A DNA stretch of 61,553 nucleotides, counting the filler, from Sphacelaria rigidula (Eukaryota): NCBI GenBank assembly GCA_964200075.2. It is 5 parts of 5 records of this genome, joined end to end, with 100 filler letters (N's around TTAATTAATTAA, not from the genome) between each part and the next. Parts side by side here need not be neighbours in the genome. Positions count along the whole stretch, not along the records: positions 36,995 to 49,224 come from CAXNAA020003983.1; positions 49,325 to 61,553 come from CAXNAA020003984.1; 3 more parts are not named here. One strand, 5' to 3'. The notes beneath the pieces are model-generated. The model was given only the letters and a program-made list of their open reading frames with translations. It searched no databases and had not been told where the DNA came from. Made by a program: the position numbers and the translations under genes. Shown piece by piece: positions 38,380 through 50,455 of this stretch (positions within the stretch are counted from its first letter, which is position 1; each line of letters opens with the position of its first letter).

Positions 38380-40329
38380 GGGAGTACTACTGCTTGCTGT
38401 CAACTATCACACCCTCAGCCTGTAAATCTGCAACCCCAGCGGTGTGCAAGCCCCGCCATCCATGTTGGCGCTTATTTAGACTTCCCCTCTTGAACTGGTC
38501 CCGCCGGCAGTGACGATTGGGCTGCAGGAGCTGGAGCAGAGGGCTGGAGCAGCAACATGATATCCGCACAGTTAGCACCCCCTTGCGTTTCGTCCCCTGG
38601 GAAGACAGCCCGTGTGAGCGCCGGACTGTCGCTGTCCCCCCGCTGACCTTGGACCCGCTGCTGCTGCTGCTGCTGTGGCGGTGGCGGCGGCAACTTCGCT
38701 TGCCCACCTGACGCACTCACCGTGGCCGTAGGTGTGCTCTGTTTTTTATAGTTCTTCTCGTAGTGGCCCTTATCGCCACACTCGGAACAACTTGCGTAGC
38801 TGGGACTAGGTTCGTGAGGCTACCTGGAGCTAGAACCCCAACTACTCACTGCGGCAGCCGCAGTCCCTGCGTCGGCCTGTGATGTTAGTTTTTTCGAACC
38901 TTGTGAACCGCTCTTTTGCTTAAGTTGTGCTTGCTGGCGGGCTTTTTGTCAACCTCTTCTACAGTCTTCCATGTATCCGCCAAGTCATGAGCTACCTCAT
39001 ACATCACTGTCGGGCTCTCTTTTCAGTCCCCTCTTATATAGAGTATATTTTAAATTTTATTTTTGAAGTCTGGTGGGGTCAGGCCGGCGAGCATAGCTCT
39101 GATAATGATGTGTGCCAGACCAGCCTTGAAAGTATGGCCAGATTCAAGGAGAACACACCCCGCATCCGCATTTTCCGCAGACAACTGTTGTAGTGAACTC
39201 TATTGCTCTTCTACTCGACCCATTGCAGTTGACTCAGACCGTGCGGCAAGGGTCTTTTTCACGCCTGCTGCAGCTTCGCAAGGATCGATTTCCCCATCGC
39301 TCCAGCATTCCGCGTGGCGTGCAATCCCTCGCTGCACTTCGTCTCGGTCGAGTGACAGCAAATCAAAGATGATGCCAAACATGCAATTCTGAATGTGCTT
39401 GGGCACCAACTCTTGCATGGTCGAGAGTGCACACTCAACCGTCCGGCCGTTATTACTCCCTGCCACCGCCCTCTCTTAGTCCCGATACTTTTGATAAAAG
39501 CGTCTGGAGACCTGTTCACTGAACAAGCGTCCATATTCGTGCTCTTTCGACACTTTCTACGATAGCCCTCCCCAAAAACCAGCTCAAAAGTGTCACGAAG
39601 AAAATGGCGATACAGCGCCCGATGTTTGGGTTCTGGCTGCATGAAGCGCTTCATAGTGGCGACATTGGCTAGAACGAATCCCAGCGTGGGAAATCCCAGC
39701 TGCTCGTTGTGCTCGGCTTTTCCATTTCGATTTACGTGAAAAATTTGCCTCCCAAAACCATGTACTTTTTGGGTGGGGGCTATCGTAGAAAGTGTCTTTC
39801 AAGAATCCACCTAGGGTCAACTCGGTTACTTTACACTTCTCATCGTCAACCTTCTCGCTGGTGCCACCTCCCCTACGCGATACCATCCCTCCAACACCCT
39901 TCTGTCACCGCAGTCGCCTTGGCTTGCGCCCTTCTCTCCACCGCTTCCTCCTCCTGTTATTCAATGTGGGCGTCCTCGGTTTCTGCAGACTGTGAGCGCG
40001 GTGCGGCTTCAGGTTAACCCAATCAAGAAACCGGCAAGTTCCCTGAGCAAACGTTTATTGTAGACTTTTCTGAAATCAGAACAAGATCACAGTGCTGCTC
40101 CCAAGGCTTCCTCCCTGCAAAGGACTCCATAGACTTCAAGACTCAAGGAGTTACACGAACAGCCGTCTTCGTTGAACCCAGAAGTGATTCCTATGTCATT
40201 CTCCTCGTAAACACAATATGCTACGCATTCAATAATCATCCTCCAACTTATTGTCACAAGATCCAGCTGATATCCACCTGCTACGGTACTTACTCCTCAT
40301 GCCAGAGGTTCTACCATACTTTCTCTACA
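38380..40329 (-). mobile_element. 5' part of an LTR retrotransposon (probably Ty3/gypsy): 5' LTR 40329-40059, leader and decayed gag
   Basis: 271-bp LTR TGTAGAG...GTCTACA. Gag-like peptide STMQELVPKHIQNCMFGIIF..MLAGLTPPDFKNKI. Zinc knuckle CSECGDKGHYEKNY (CX2CX4HX4C with the last Cys mutated TGT>TAT) at 38789-38748. In-frame stops are present. Confidence 0.78.
39549..39796. mobile_element. 248-bp MITE with a 20-bp perfect TIR and 4-bp TSD (Sola-like by TSD length), inserted in gag
   Basis: TTTC|GACACTTTCTACGATAGCCC ... GGGCTATCGTAGAAAGTGTC|TTTC. A second copy lies at 42560-42888. Confidence 0.85.
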
Positions 40330-41124
40330 ACACGCCGCCATTCGGCTAGCCTCGAAGGCCTTCCAGTGGATATTCCAAACGTGTTCCAACGTCCCTTTTG
40401 TCTTTAAACTCCTCACAAGAGTATCTCAGGCATCCGCAGTCCTCTGGAGGGTTTTCAACGTTGGGGTTTCCCTCGAGGGTTGGTGTCAATATCGAAATCC
40501 TCTGGATTGTTTCTCAAGGCACTCGTGCTATGGAAATCCTATAGTTGTTACAGCTTATATGGGATTGGTATAGCAGAGGGTTTGCACAATTGGGCAAATC
40601 GAGGATTCCTTTCAAACAACTTCTGCTGTTCAAATCCTATACACCGGCACATGGGATTCGAACAGCAGATCTCGTTTTTCCCGTCGAATTATCCTGAAAT
40701 TGGGCAAAACGAGGACTTGCGAGCAGCCTCTGCTGTTCATATGCCATCAAGCAAGTTCTGGTCTTACTCCGTAAAGAATAAAAAATTAAGACACCAATAA
40801 GTACGAATAATCCCAAAATAAAATTCCCACCAAGTACTATATTAATCATAAAATTTTAAACAATATATTGTATCGTCGTCGGCATTTGATATTCGAATTG
40901 CAGAGATTTTTCAAAAACCGTCGGCTCGCTCCCCAATTTACATCAATTGGGCAAAACTAGAATTTTTCAACAGCCTCAACTGTACAAATCTCATATACTA
41001 ACTGCCAGTATAATTTCACACAGTCATTCTACGAAGCTTCAGCTGGTAAATGGATGTCTTACTTCCATTTCTACATACCTAATTTTGAAAAAAATGTAGT
41101 CCCTAGCCTATCATTGCACTGTAT

Positions 41125-41288
41125 CATACCCTGGACAATACAATACACGGTCGAAAAATGTACTGCGTACAGTGTGGAATCTATTGTGTATTACAGTATG
41201 GAATCTATTGTCTATTGCAACATACAATAGATTCCATACTGTACGCAGAAAATTTTTCAACCGTGTATTTTCTATTGTCCAGGGTATG
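41125..41288. mobile_element. 164-bp hAT-like MITE
   Basis: Perfect 16-bp TIR CATACCCTGGACAATA / TATTGTCCAGGGTATG and 8-bp flanks CACTGTAT / CACTATAT. Internal direct and inverted TACAGTRTGGAATCTATTGT repeats. Confidence 0.85.
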
Positions 41289-42559
41289 CACTATATTTGC
41301 ACACAAAAGCAAGTTGGACCAGACAAAATTTGCCGCATCGAATCGTTTTGGTCACATTTTGTACTCCGATAGGAATACGAGTCAGTACGAGCACGCACCG
41401 GAATGGTGCTGCACTGGATCATAACAACGTATAGGAATGCGCTACGTTTTGCTACCACTTGCATGCCTGCAAACACGGGGGGGTGTTGTCAAGTGCGATA
41501 CACGTTTCAAACAACAGTGCAAGCCAAATTGTGCGTGTTAGCATCTGCTTTCGTATGGCAGGATGCGGAAGAGACGCGGGCGAAGTGCAGTAAGTATAGG
41601 CAATGCGGGACTATCTGTACTCTCTGCTTACCGTGCCACGTGAAAAGGGCTTGAACAACGTAAATGTTTGTACTGCCTGCACTGTCCATTCGAGTCCGCC
41701 GCGCCGTACCACGCAGCTCCGTCGCCGATCCCCACCATGAAAGAATATGCTCAAGTTTTCACCAACAGCAAACACATCATACCTGACTACTGGAGTGCAT
41801 ATCTATCTCTGTGCCGAACTCGTGCTCCATGTATATGCTGCAGGGTTGGGGTGGTGGCTAGGAATAAATTGTGTGGGGTTTGCATGGTTCCAAGTGTGAC
41901 GGGTAGGTGATATCCAAGACTGCTGGGGTCGCAAAATTGCCCTGGAGGCAGTGAGGACACTGGTTTCCCCAGAGGCTTGATGTTGTGCGAACTCCAAAGG
42001 TGAATTCACACACTGGAGAGTGCTATTTTTCAAAGTTTCCCCCAGAGGTACCCTCAGTAAAATCACGTGCTCGAGGGGATCATGTGCCCTCCCTCTAGCG
42101 CTTTGGTGTACTATCCATCCCAGAGGCAATATGACCCATTAGAGGGTTTTCCATTCTCCAGAGAGCTATTTTGCCCTCTAGAGGGAGAGCACGCGGTACA
42201 AAGGTTTTCATTCGAAATAGGAGGTTTTCGTAGGGGTTTTTTTGTATTCGGGGATATTCGAAAGTGTTTTTGCTTGCCACCGCTCATCCTGGTAAACGTT
42301 TGATCCCAACGTTTGAGGATCAGGAGATAGTGCGCACCCCCTCCACATTTCAAAATAAGATCATATCTGTGCTCTGCTCATCATTGAACACGAATTACGG
42401 GATGAACGGTTTTCGGGGGTCCTGAGACTACTTAGCCCCAGGTTCTGACAATTGAGTAGTTTTGCTTGACTGAAGCAATGCCAATCGTTCTCGTAAACTG
42501 ATGAAAGTTATTACTTTTATTTTTCTACCTGTTGCGCGAAAGCAGAAAACTTGTGTTTT

Positions 42560-42888
42560 GACACTTTCTACGATAGCCCCCCCCTAAAACCTGCTCCGTC
42601 TCAAAAGGGATGCGTGGTCAATGGTCAAACGACTAAGGCAAGCAACAAATGAGTACGCTCTCCCCCAAAACCAGCTCAAAAGTGTCACTAAGAAAATGGT
42701 CATACAGCGCCTGATATTTGAGTTCAGGCTGCATGACGCGCCTTATGTTGGCGACATTGGCTACAATGAATCCAAGCGTGGGAATTCCCAACCTCTCGTT
42801 GTGCTCAGCTTTTCCCATTTCGATTTACGTGAAAAACAGTTCTCCCGGAACCATGTACTTTTGGGGGGAAGCAATCGAAGAAAGTGTC
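42560..42888. mobile_element. Second copy of the GACACTTTC MITE, carrying a 65-nt LINE-3'-end insertion at 42592-42656
   Basis: Colinear with 39549-39796 except for the 65-nt insert and a 16-bp duplication (42576-42591 / 42657-42672). Flanks are TTTT/TTTT. Confidence 0.85.
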
Positions 42889-43639
42889 TTTTTTGCACCG
42901 TTGACGGTCAATAACACCCCCAAATGAACGAGGTACTTACTCCGTATCACCCCGGTAACACCAATTGAGAACTGTGCTCTGAGAACGACTTGCTTCTCCT
43001 TTTCATGTCTATCGACGCTAGGACTTTTAAGCGCCAAGGACGGGAACTAAAAGAGAAAATTCAGGAAAGTACCCAAACACGAAAATAGCCCAAGCGAGCG
43101 CTGCATAGCACAGGCGGAGGTGAAACAATTCCGATTACTCTCCCTAATGTTTCCACGAACTCCTACCTTTTATTTTCACCTACTCATTGCGCTAGAGTCG
43201 AAAAGAAATGTGTTCTAGACCAATGGCGATCAATAACACCTCCTGTCAATTCAGCTCGGAAGTCGTTAAATATTGAGCGCAGAGACGATTTTTTCGAGAT
43301 GTGGAGCGGATGCCTAGTATATCCCGACTCTCAAACGTTGGGATCAACCGCTCGCTGGGATGAGCGGTAGCACGCGAAAGAAACATTGACGCCGACTCCG
43401 GGAAAAGGACAAAAGACGATAGTGGGATTTCAAGGGAGAGTCGATTGGCCGCGTGTGCGGCAGAAGTGTCATGTGATTATGTGTTTTCACGTACACAAGT
43501 AAGTAGTGTTTACCGCTGTGTTCCGTGTTTCCGGTCAGGCGAGTTGTGCTACAAATAACTCGTTTTCCGATAGTAACTCAGCTGTTAGGTACATGCAACA
43601 TAAGAGCAGTACACACACTCTGATCTGATAAGTGGTACA

Positions 43640-43900
43640 AGATCATTCAGCTGTATACATTTTATAACCAGGTGAATTATTCAAGATAACTCAGCGGTGC
43701 ACATTCTGGATGGGTGAGTTATAGAGGATGACTCAGTGGTGCACATTCTGACCGGGTGAATCGTACAAGATAACTCAGCGGTGCACATTTCTGGCCGGGC
43801 GAGTCATAAAAGATTACTCCCTGGTTCATGTTCTGGCCGGATGAGTTATAGAAGATAACTCAGCGATGCATATTCTGGCCAGATGAACTGTGCAGCATAA
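43640..43900. repeat. Tandem array of a ~42-bp unit, about 6 copies, each with an internal inverted repeat
   Basis: Unit AAGATAACTCAGCGGTGCACATTCTGGCCGGGTGAGTTATAG; ATAACTCA and TGAGTTAT are self-complementary. Confidence 0.85.
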
Positions 43901-44202
43901 CTGGGTCAACTCACGAGTTGTCCGACGTGTGAGTCATTCATTTTTTCTTTCCGCGTATTGTATAGCTCAATGCACGTTGGCATTAGTTTGTCCTCTCAAA
44001 AAGGCTACTTAGTAAGGTTCACGCTGTAGAGGAAGTACAGTAGCTCGATGTTCAGGGTTGTGTGAATTATCATTTTCTCTTGTGGAACATGACAGTGAAT
44101 GGTCCTGTGTCACCAGCAGGCGGACAAAGGTAGCATGGATGTTATTATCGGTGTCTACTGATGATCAAGCTCGTATATATACCGTTCAGTAGGATGTAGC
44201 TT

Positions 44203-44730
44203 GGGGGTGCTGTAAAAAAAAACAATAGAGCCTCCAGCATGAGGAGTACAGTAGCAGGTGAATATCAGTTTGGATCTTCTGACAATGGGTTAAAGAATGA
44301 TCATTGAATGCGTAAGATATTGTGTTTGCAGGGAAAGCAAAGCAGGAATCACTTCTAGTTTAACGAACACAGCTGTTTGTGTAACTGCTTGCGTGTTGAA
44401 GTCTCTGGAGTCCTCGACAGTGTAGACTCTGGGCAACATGGTTACCGTGGTCCGGCGTATATAGGCTGGTTGATGGATAATGGGTCTGAGAGTATGATCG
44501 GTGGACTCCGTGATGTGTGATGTTTGCACACGAGGTGCGCCGGCCACTTCTGGTTTCAACGAAGACTTTTGTCTATGGATGGAGCCGGTGACAGGGAGAA
44601 AGTCTCTGGAGCAGCACTGTGGCTTTGTTCTGATTTCAGACAAGTCTATCATAAACGTTTATTTGGGAAACTTGTCGTTTCTGAATTGGGTTTTTGAAAG
44701 CCTGTAGACTCTGGCCACCATTGTTACCTA
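44203..44730 (+). mobile_element. Composite LTR block of the same retrotransposon group
   Basis: TTGGGGGTGC|TGTA.. is followed by sequence matching the 40329-type LTR 5' half, then a 37901-type LTR (TGTAGACTCTGGGCAAC.., ~44422-44648), the leader ATAAACGTTT.., and another LTR start at ~44704. Confidence 0.7.
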
Positions 44731-45409
44731 AGGTTAAGGACATTGTGTAGGTGGAGTTGCGGGTCTAATTGCCGGACTCTGTGATGGGTGACCTCCAGGA
44801 CGTGAGTCTTGGTTCGCTACACTAGTGGAGAGAGGCTGTATTCTTGTTCTCCTGTAGTATGCTGAGTCCGCGTGACGAAGAGGTGTGTGTGGTCTTCGTT
44901 GTAAGGTGCTACAGCGCGTCTCGGTGTAAGGAGAGAGTTGTTTTTCCTGTGAGTGGGAGGCAACTTCGTTGTTCAAAAAAAGGAGGTGTGGAGGGCTGTA
45001 CTGCTGACTAAAATGTACAAGGCGCAGGAATATGTCATCGTCGATGGTCGTGTTGTTCCTGTACTGGCGCTGGAGATGTCGTACTACGGCCGCAGTCTTT
45101 CGCGCCACGTTAAAAAACAGGGGGGGAGGAAGCGGCGGAGAGAGAGGCGCTGGTCGTACAACCCAAGGCAAGTGAAGTGAATAAGCCTATTGGAAGGATG
45201 GCAGCGCGCAGGAGGATAGCAGTAGTAAAGCCGAAAAGGTTCTGAGGAAGTGCTAGGGTGCGCTTTGGTATCGCCCGAAGAGCCTGTCAAAAAACGCGGC
45301 GCAATTACTACCTGCGACGGGAGAATTGTGAGAGGGCTGGTTCAAGGTTGGCCACCCGCGTTCAAGAAGAGGAGTGTAATGACTTCCAACACGTGGTATA
45401 GACTTGTCT

Positions 45410-46435
45410 ACATCACGGAGTTCACCGATCATACGCTCAGACCCGTCATCCATCAACCAGACTATAGACGCCTGCTGCTTTTTATCCACTGCATTCATGT
45501 ACCTGACCACGGTAACAATGTTGCCCCGTCTACAACACCCCCCAACCTCGCTTACTACCTACAACTAGTCAACCTAGAGCTTCCTAAGCTCAGACAGCAT
45601 TGTTGCCGAAATCTACCGTCAATTTTCACCTAGAGTGGCAATCCTTACCGCAGTATACGATAACAGCCATACAAGCTTGTTCGACTTCCGCACAACGTGC
45701 AAGAGATCCAAAAGGTCCATCATGAACACGCAATCACGCTACTTGCATCGCTCCGAGTCACGGCACGATAGCTGACTCCCAATTCTCGAACCCATACCAC
45801 AAACAAGTCTCCGGACTCCAATCAGGCCAAACAATCTTAGACGTCGACGAACTTCAAATTCTCTGGCAATCGTGACGAATCTTCTCTCGCATTCGATACC
45901 GTTCAACATATAAATGTTTTTCAGTACGTTCAGCACCTGCGCAACGGAGTGCAAGAGCCAAGTAATATACCTGGACTAGAATCAGACAAGTATTCAACAC
46001 GTCTCGGACCCAGCTGGTCTCTTGCTCGTTCAACTCCGTGAAAACGTATGCATCGCACACCTCTTCTTCGTGAAAGCTTCAAACCTTCACCGCGCCACTC
46101 GACTCATGAGCATACTGAAAAAAAAGCCATGACTCAAACCACTTTTCAAGCCAAGTTTACTAATCCAACAACGGCAAACGGACCTCGACCTCCGTCATCA
46201 TTGATCACCCCCAGTCATATCGTTCTCAAACTCGTTTTTACCGAGTACACTCCAGAGAGCACCCAGATATAATATCCCAATTAGGGTTCAGGACCGTCGT
46301 ATCCCATCGGTCGATTAACCACGATGTAAAACACAGTTCATGTCCCAAGAGACTTTCAGCTCACCTGCACTGCTTCCTTACACAAATGGACACTCCATCC
46401 ACACGATCCTTCCAGAAGCAAATGAAATATTCCCT
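45410..46435 (-). mobile_element. Inverted, diverged copy of the LTR-element 3' region at 36995-38050
   Basis: Colinear reverse-complement similarity over about 1 kb, including the PPT/LTR junction near 45535. Confidence 0.8.
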
Positions 46436-47599
46436 TGGAAGACATTTCATAGCTAACGATCACTCGTCTTCAACCACAGGAAACACTCGCGTTCTCCTTG
46501 CGCACGTACGAGCCTACGCATTTCGTAGTTTCTGCTCATGTTGACGCCAACAGCAGCAATCACCATCTCCTACAGTCAGTGCCCACAAACTGCACAACGA
46601 GAACTCCGCCGCGTGTCTGTGTGAGCAGGAATATACGAGGCTCACCTCATCGAGCATACAGCAGTATATTGAAAACTGCCTCACCCTGATTTTTCGCCGA
46701 ATACCATGCGCACTAGTGTCATACTGTAGCGAACATTCCACACATGCATGCCAGCATTTTCACCCAGCACATCCAATGCGACCTGACTCGCAGCAAACAC
46801 CATGTTTTTATCGTCCGTGCCAACCAGATCTGTTACGATCGCGGCGTGGCGTGGTGGATAAGGGTAGTATGATGATGGGCCGTCGATTCAAAACGACTTA
46901 TGCGCTCGGAGGGCTAATTGCGGGAACGGGCTAGTACCGCGGTCAGGGGTGAGGCGTTATGTAAATCCGTCGAGAGACGGAATACACAAACATGCCTCTT
47001 TACATCTGGTTGGATCCGGTTCTTTCCGAGGACTGACCCAATCGGGTGCACCCTGGTGTCCACTCCTTTTCGGAAGTGCGAAGTCTCGACACCACCAATG
47101 AGAGAAAGAGAAAAGAAATCGGCCTTGATCTGTCACCAAGCATATCGTGACGTGCATCCTGTGTCATTTTACGTTGGACTTACCCACATGCTGTGAACTT
47201 ACGATTGTTTCAATAGTAACGGTGAGACAGTAAGATGTTTGATTCCAGCAGCGAGCAGATGCTAGAAGGTTGATATGATAGAAAATTGAACTGTGCCAAA
47301 TGAAATGGTGAAATGTGTAACCATATATAATAGTAAAAGTGAGTCATACTTGCATGAGCTAGCGAAACCTCGCAACCTACATGACCGAAATGCTATTGTT
47401 GTTCGCTCTAGTACTCGACTTGTACAGTAGAGACACGCATGTGAACGACCGCTATGGCCAACACTATTCCGTTTTGTATCAGATCAGCAAAATACAAACA
47501 TTCCCTGTACACGCGATGCGATCATACTCGCTCAACAACCGTGTTTCATGCGCAAACATAACCACAAACCACACAATAACAAGCTGCAATCATTTTCAA

Positions 47600-49224
47600 A
47601 ACGATTCGTAAATACCGTTCGTAATATGTTTCCTTATTCTCAACAACCACTCAATCACCTCAACACTTGCTCCTCAACATCAGCTCCCAACTCGGCGCTC
47701 ACCACAACAGTAAGCACCCGAAGTAATGCCTTATCTGTAGTCCTCCAGCTTGCTCCTGATAAACAGCAGCACTCGAACCACGACCCCGTGCACAGCGTCG
47801 AGCAGCGTTTCCACTCGAACACTCGCTTCTCGCGCTATGAGTCCAGCTTCAGCTCGCACCCCGGCGGAGCCGCTCAGCTCGCCACTGAACATTACATCCG
47901 CACCACCGAATCAATGCGACAAGCCATCTGCCTCCACAGATACTTGGTCAGTACTGAACACCTGTGCTTGAGTCAGTTTTACAGAGGAAACGAGAGGCGA
48001 AACGGGAACAGCTACACAGTCCCGAACAGCAACACCTCCTGAGGGTACACTATCCTCCTCAAACACCCCGCGGCGCAGCAGTGGAGAAACCTCCACCATC
48101 GCCGCCAAACACGCCATAGCTGCCCATGTAAACAGCAATGCGGACGGCCATCGCGACACCACGCAATCTAGCGAATCCACATCCGCCAACCCGGCATCCA
48201 CTTTTCCTGCAAGCAGACAGACACCCCTGCGAGTCATCTGAACCATCTCCCGCCGAATCATTGGGGCAGATAGACTCGCCCTGAGCATCGCTTAAGCCCC
48301 AAGCTTGCTCTTCTCGCTTTTATCGCGACGATAACACCCCCTTGCAGCGGTGCTCATGGAAGGTGTATCTCCAATCACGCGCTTGTCCGGCGGGCACAAG
48401 CAACCAGGGCCTGTGCCTCTCAGCGCTAGCTCATGGGAGCAAATCGGCTTCGCGCTTTCAACAGCAGCGGCAGCAGCGGCGGGATCAAATGTATCCGCTT
48501 CAGCTACTACCTGCTGCCCAGCGTCTTCCTGAACGGCAACAGCGGCACCTGAGCTGCCCGCAGTCCGCTCGAGCTGCGTGGCATGGTCGCCCTATTCAAC
48601 AGCAATATCAGCAGCATCCAAACGAGTGCTTACTGTGGTACTGTCGGCGGGCGCGCTCTCATGCCCACCCGCTTTGACAGATCGGTGCTGTGTCTCCTTT
48701 CCGCTCTGCACAGTGGAAACAGCTGCCCTGTATCATTGCTTGAGACGCGCACCACCGACTGCACGTCCAGCGGGTGCACTGTCGTGCCTGTGCCCTCAAG
48801 CAGACACATGCTTTTCGGCTTTCACAGTGTGAGCAGCTATCGTGTATCGTTATTTCAGACGCGCACCACCGACTGTACGTCCGGCAAGCGCACGGTCGTG
48901 CCTGTCCCCTCGGACAGACACATGCTTCTCGCCCTTCACAGTGCGATGCACCCCACCCGACGACGCATGCTTGCCCAACGCGAAGGAGCAACTGCTTTTG
49001 CCCAAAATCACGAGCATGCTTCAAGAACACGTCACACAGACGGATCGCAATATGTTCCGGCATGAGGTCAGAGACTGCTGTCACCTCAAAAAGGTTTACC
49101 CACCGCGCGTTCACCTGATCGACATCTCTCACATATTTATCGTATTTCGGTAGAAACTCGGCTGATTTCTCGCTCGAAAAAACTGCGGCCGTAGTATGGC
49201 ACCTCAAGCGCCAGTACAGGAACA
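47600..49224 (-). mobile_element. Decayed gag(-pol) remnant of a related LTR retrotransposon
   Basis: EFLPKYDKYVRDVDQVN..VTAVSDLMPEHIAIRLCDVF resembles the gag peptide at 39200-39470. It contains a 114-bp tandem repeat (~48620-48945) and several premature stops. Confidence 0.5.
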
Positions 49225-49324
49225 NNNNNNNNNNNNNNNNNNNNNNNNNNNNNNNNNNNNNNNNNNNNTTAATTAATTAANNNNNNNNNNNNNNNNNNNN
49301 NNNNNNNNNNNNNNNNNNNNNNNN
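49225..49324. other. Artificial contig spacer
   Basis: N44-TTAATTAATTAA-N44. Confidence 0.98.
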
Positions 49325-50455
49325 GAAGGCACTGTTTTAGGCTTGAACCTCATCTTGGAGTTAAACCTCAATTCGCACAATTTGTTGTTATTTCGAATGT
49401 GCGTATAATGGGTTCTAAAACTCGTTGAAGAGGGCAAGTTCCTCCGAGTTGGGGAAGGGGAAGCCCCAAAGTGGAAGAACAGTATGGGTGAGTTGTTTTT
49501 CTCTGTCACCTTGCTCAAGCACCTCCGCGCGGAAGGTCAGCACTGCATGAAGTGTATGGTAAGTGTAGGACATGTGCTGCGTAGAAAAGCCAAGTCGAGC
49601 ACGTTTTGACGGCACAGTATTTTCAGGAAGGAAACGGACACATTCAGGTATGATATAGCATTTTCCGGACCTTTCCTGTTGCAGCTCCGTCAGGGCATCG
49701 AATGTCCCGAATGCGGCCGTCAGGCTGGCCAAGAATGCCGAATTCCTTGACATGACCGAACATGCAGCACAGCTTGTTCATATATATATGTCGCACTTTG
49801 AACCTCTCCCCTTTCTCGGGACGAGTCTGTGGTCTCGAGAGGTCAACCCATTTCTCCCCCGGTACATACCTTGCATTTTCGCTTGTGACTGAAATTGTCT
49901 ACTTTTGCCCTCAAATGTACGTAACACTCCACGCGATTCTCTGAAAATGGTTGCAAAATGTGCCTTAATTTCGCTCGGAAACTGTGAGGCGAACCCGCAG
50001 ATTCAAAGGGTTTCTGCCTCTCTCTCCCACGAACGTACCGTATCCCGTACATGTGATACCTCTGGAATGTCAGTTTAATCCTTCGAAGATGGACCCCTCA
50101 GACGCATCGAGACAACGGAACCGGCTGTTTGCCTCAAACGTTTGGTTCTCCGCAAATTCGGAGAGTCACTTCTGCTTCGTCTCTACTCCGCATTTTCCCC
50201 CCTGCTGGACTTGAAAAACAGTTCTGCGGCCTTTTTGTCCTTCATCTCTGATCTAAGCTGACTGCACCGGTAACGTGAGTCACGTTCAATGACAACCTCG
50301 AAGTGGTGATAACTTGTACAGTGCCACCACCAGTACAGGACCTCATGTTAGTGCCCCGATCGGAGCAGATTTTGGAAGAGTGGTCGTGTGTGGCATGGCT
50401 GCAGCTCCTTGCCTCAAGTCGGGTCAATCTATAATGCTTCCTCCCCATGTTATAT

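Noticed and set aside
30347-43900. CRISPR-like arrays (30347-31682 and 43640-43900)
   Set aside because: The units are contiguous diverged repeats without unique spacers, there are no cas genes, and the context is eukaryotic.
45783-46550. ORF apparently using UGA as Trp (several TGA codons, and TGG in one copy versus TGA in the other)
   Set aside because: The same frame also has TAA stops and the copies differ by frameshifts; ordinary decay explains it.
46831-47322. Solo LTR starting TGTTAC
   Set aside because: No convincing GTAACA end with a matching TSD.
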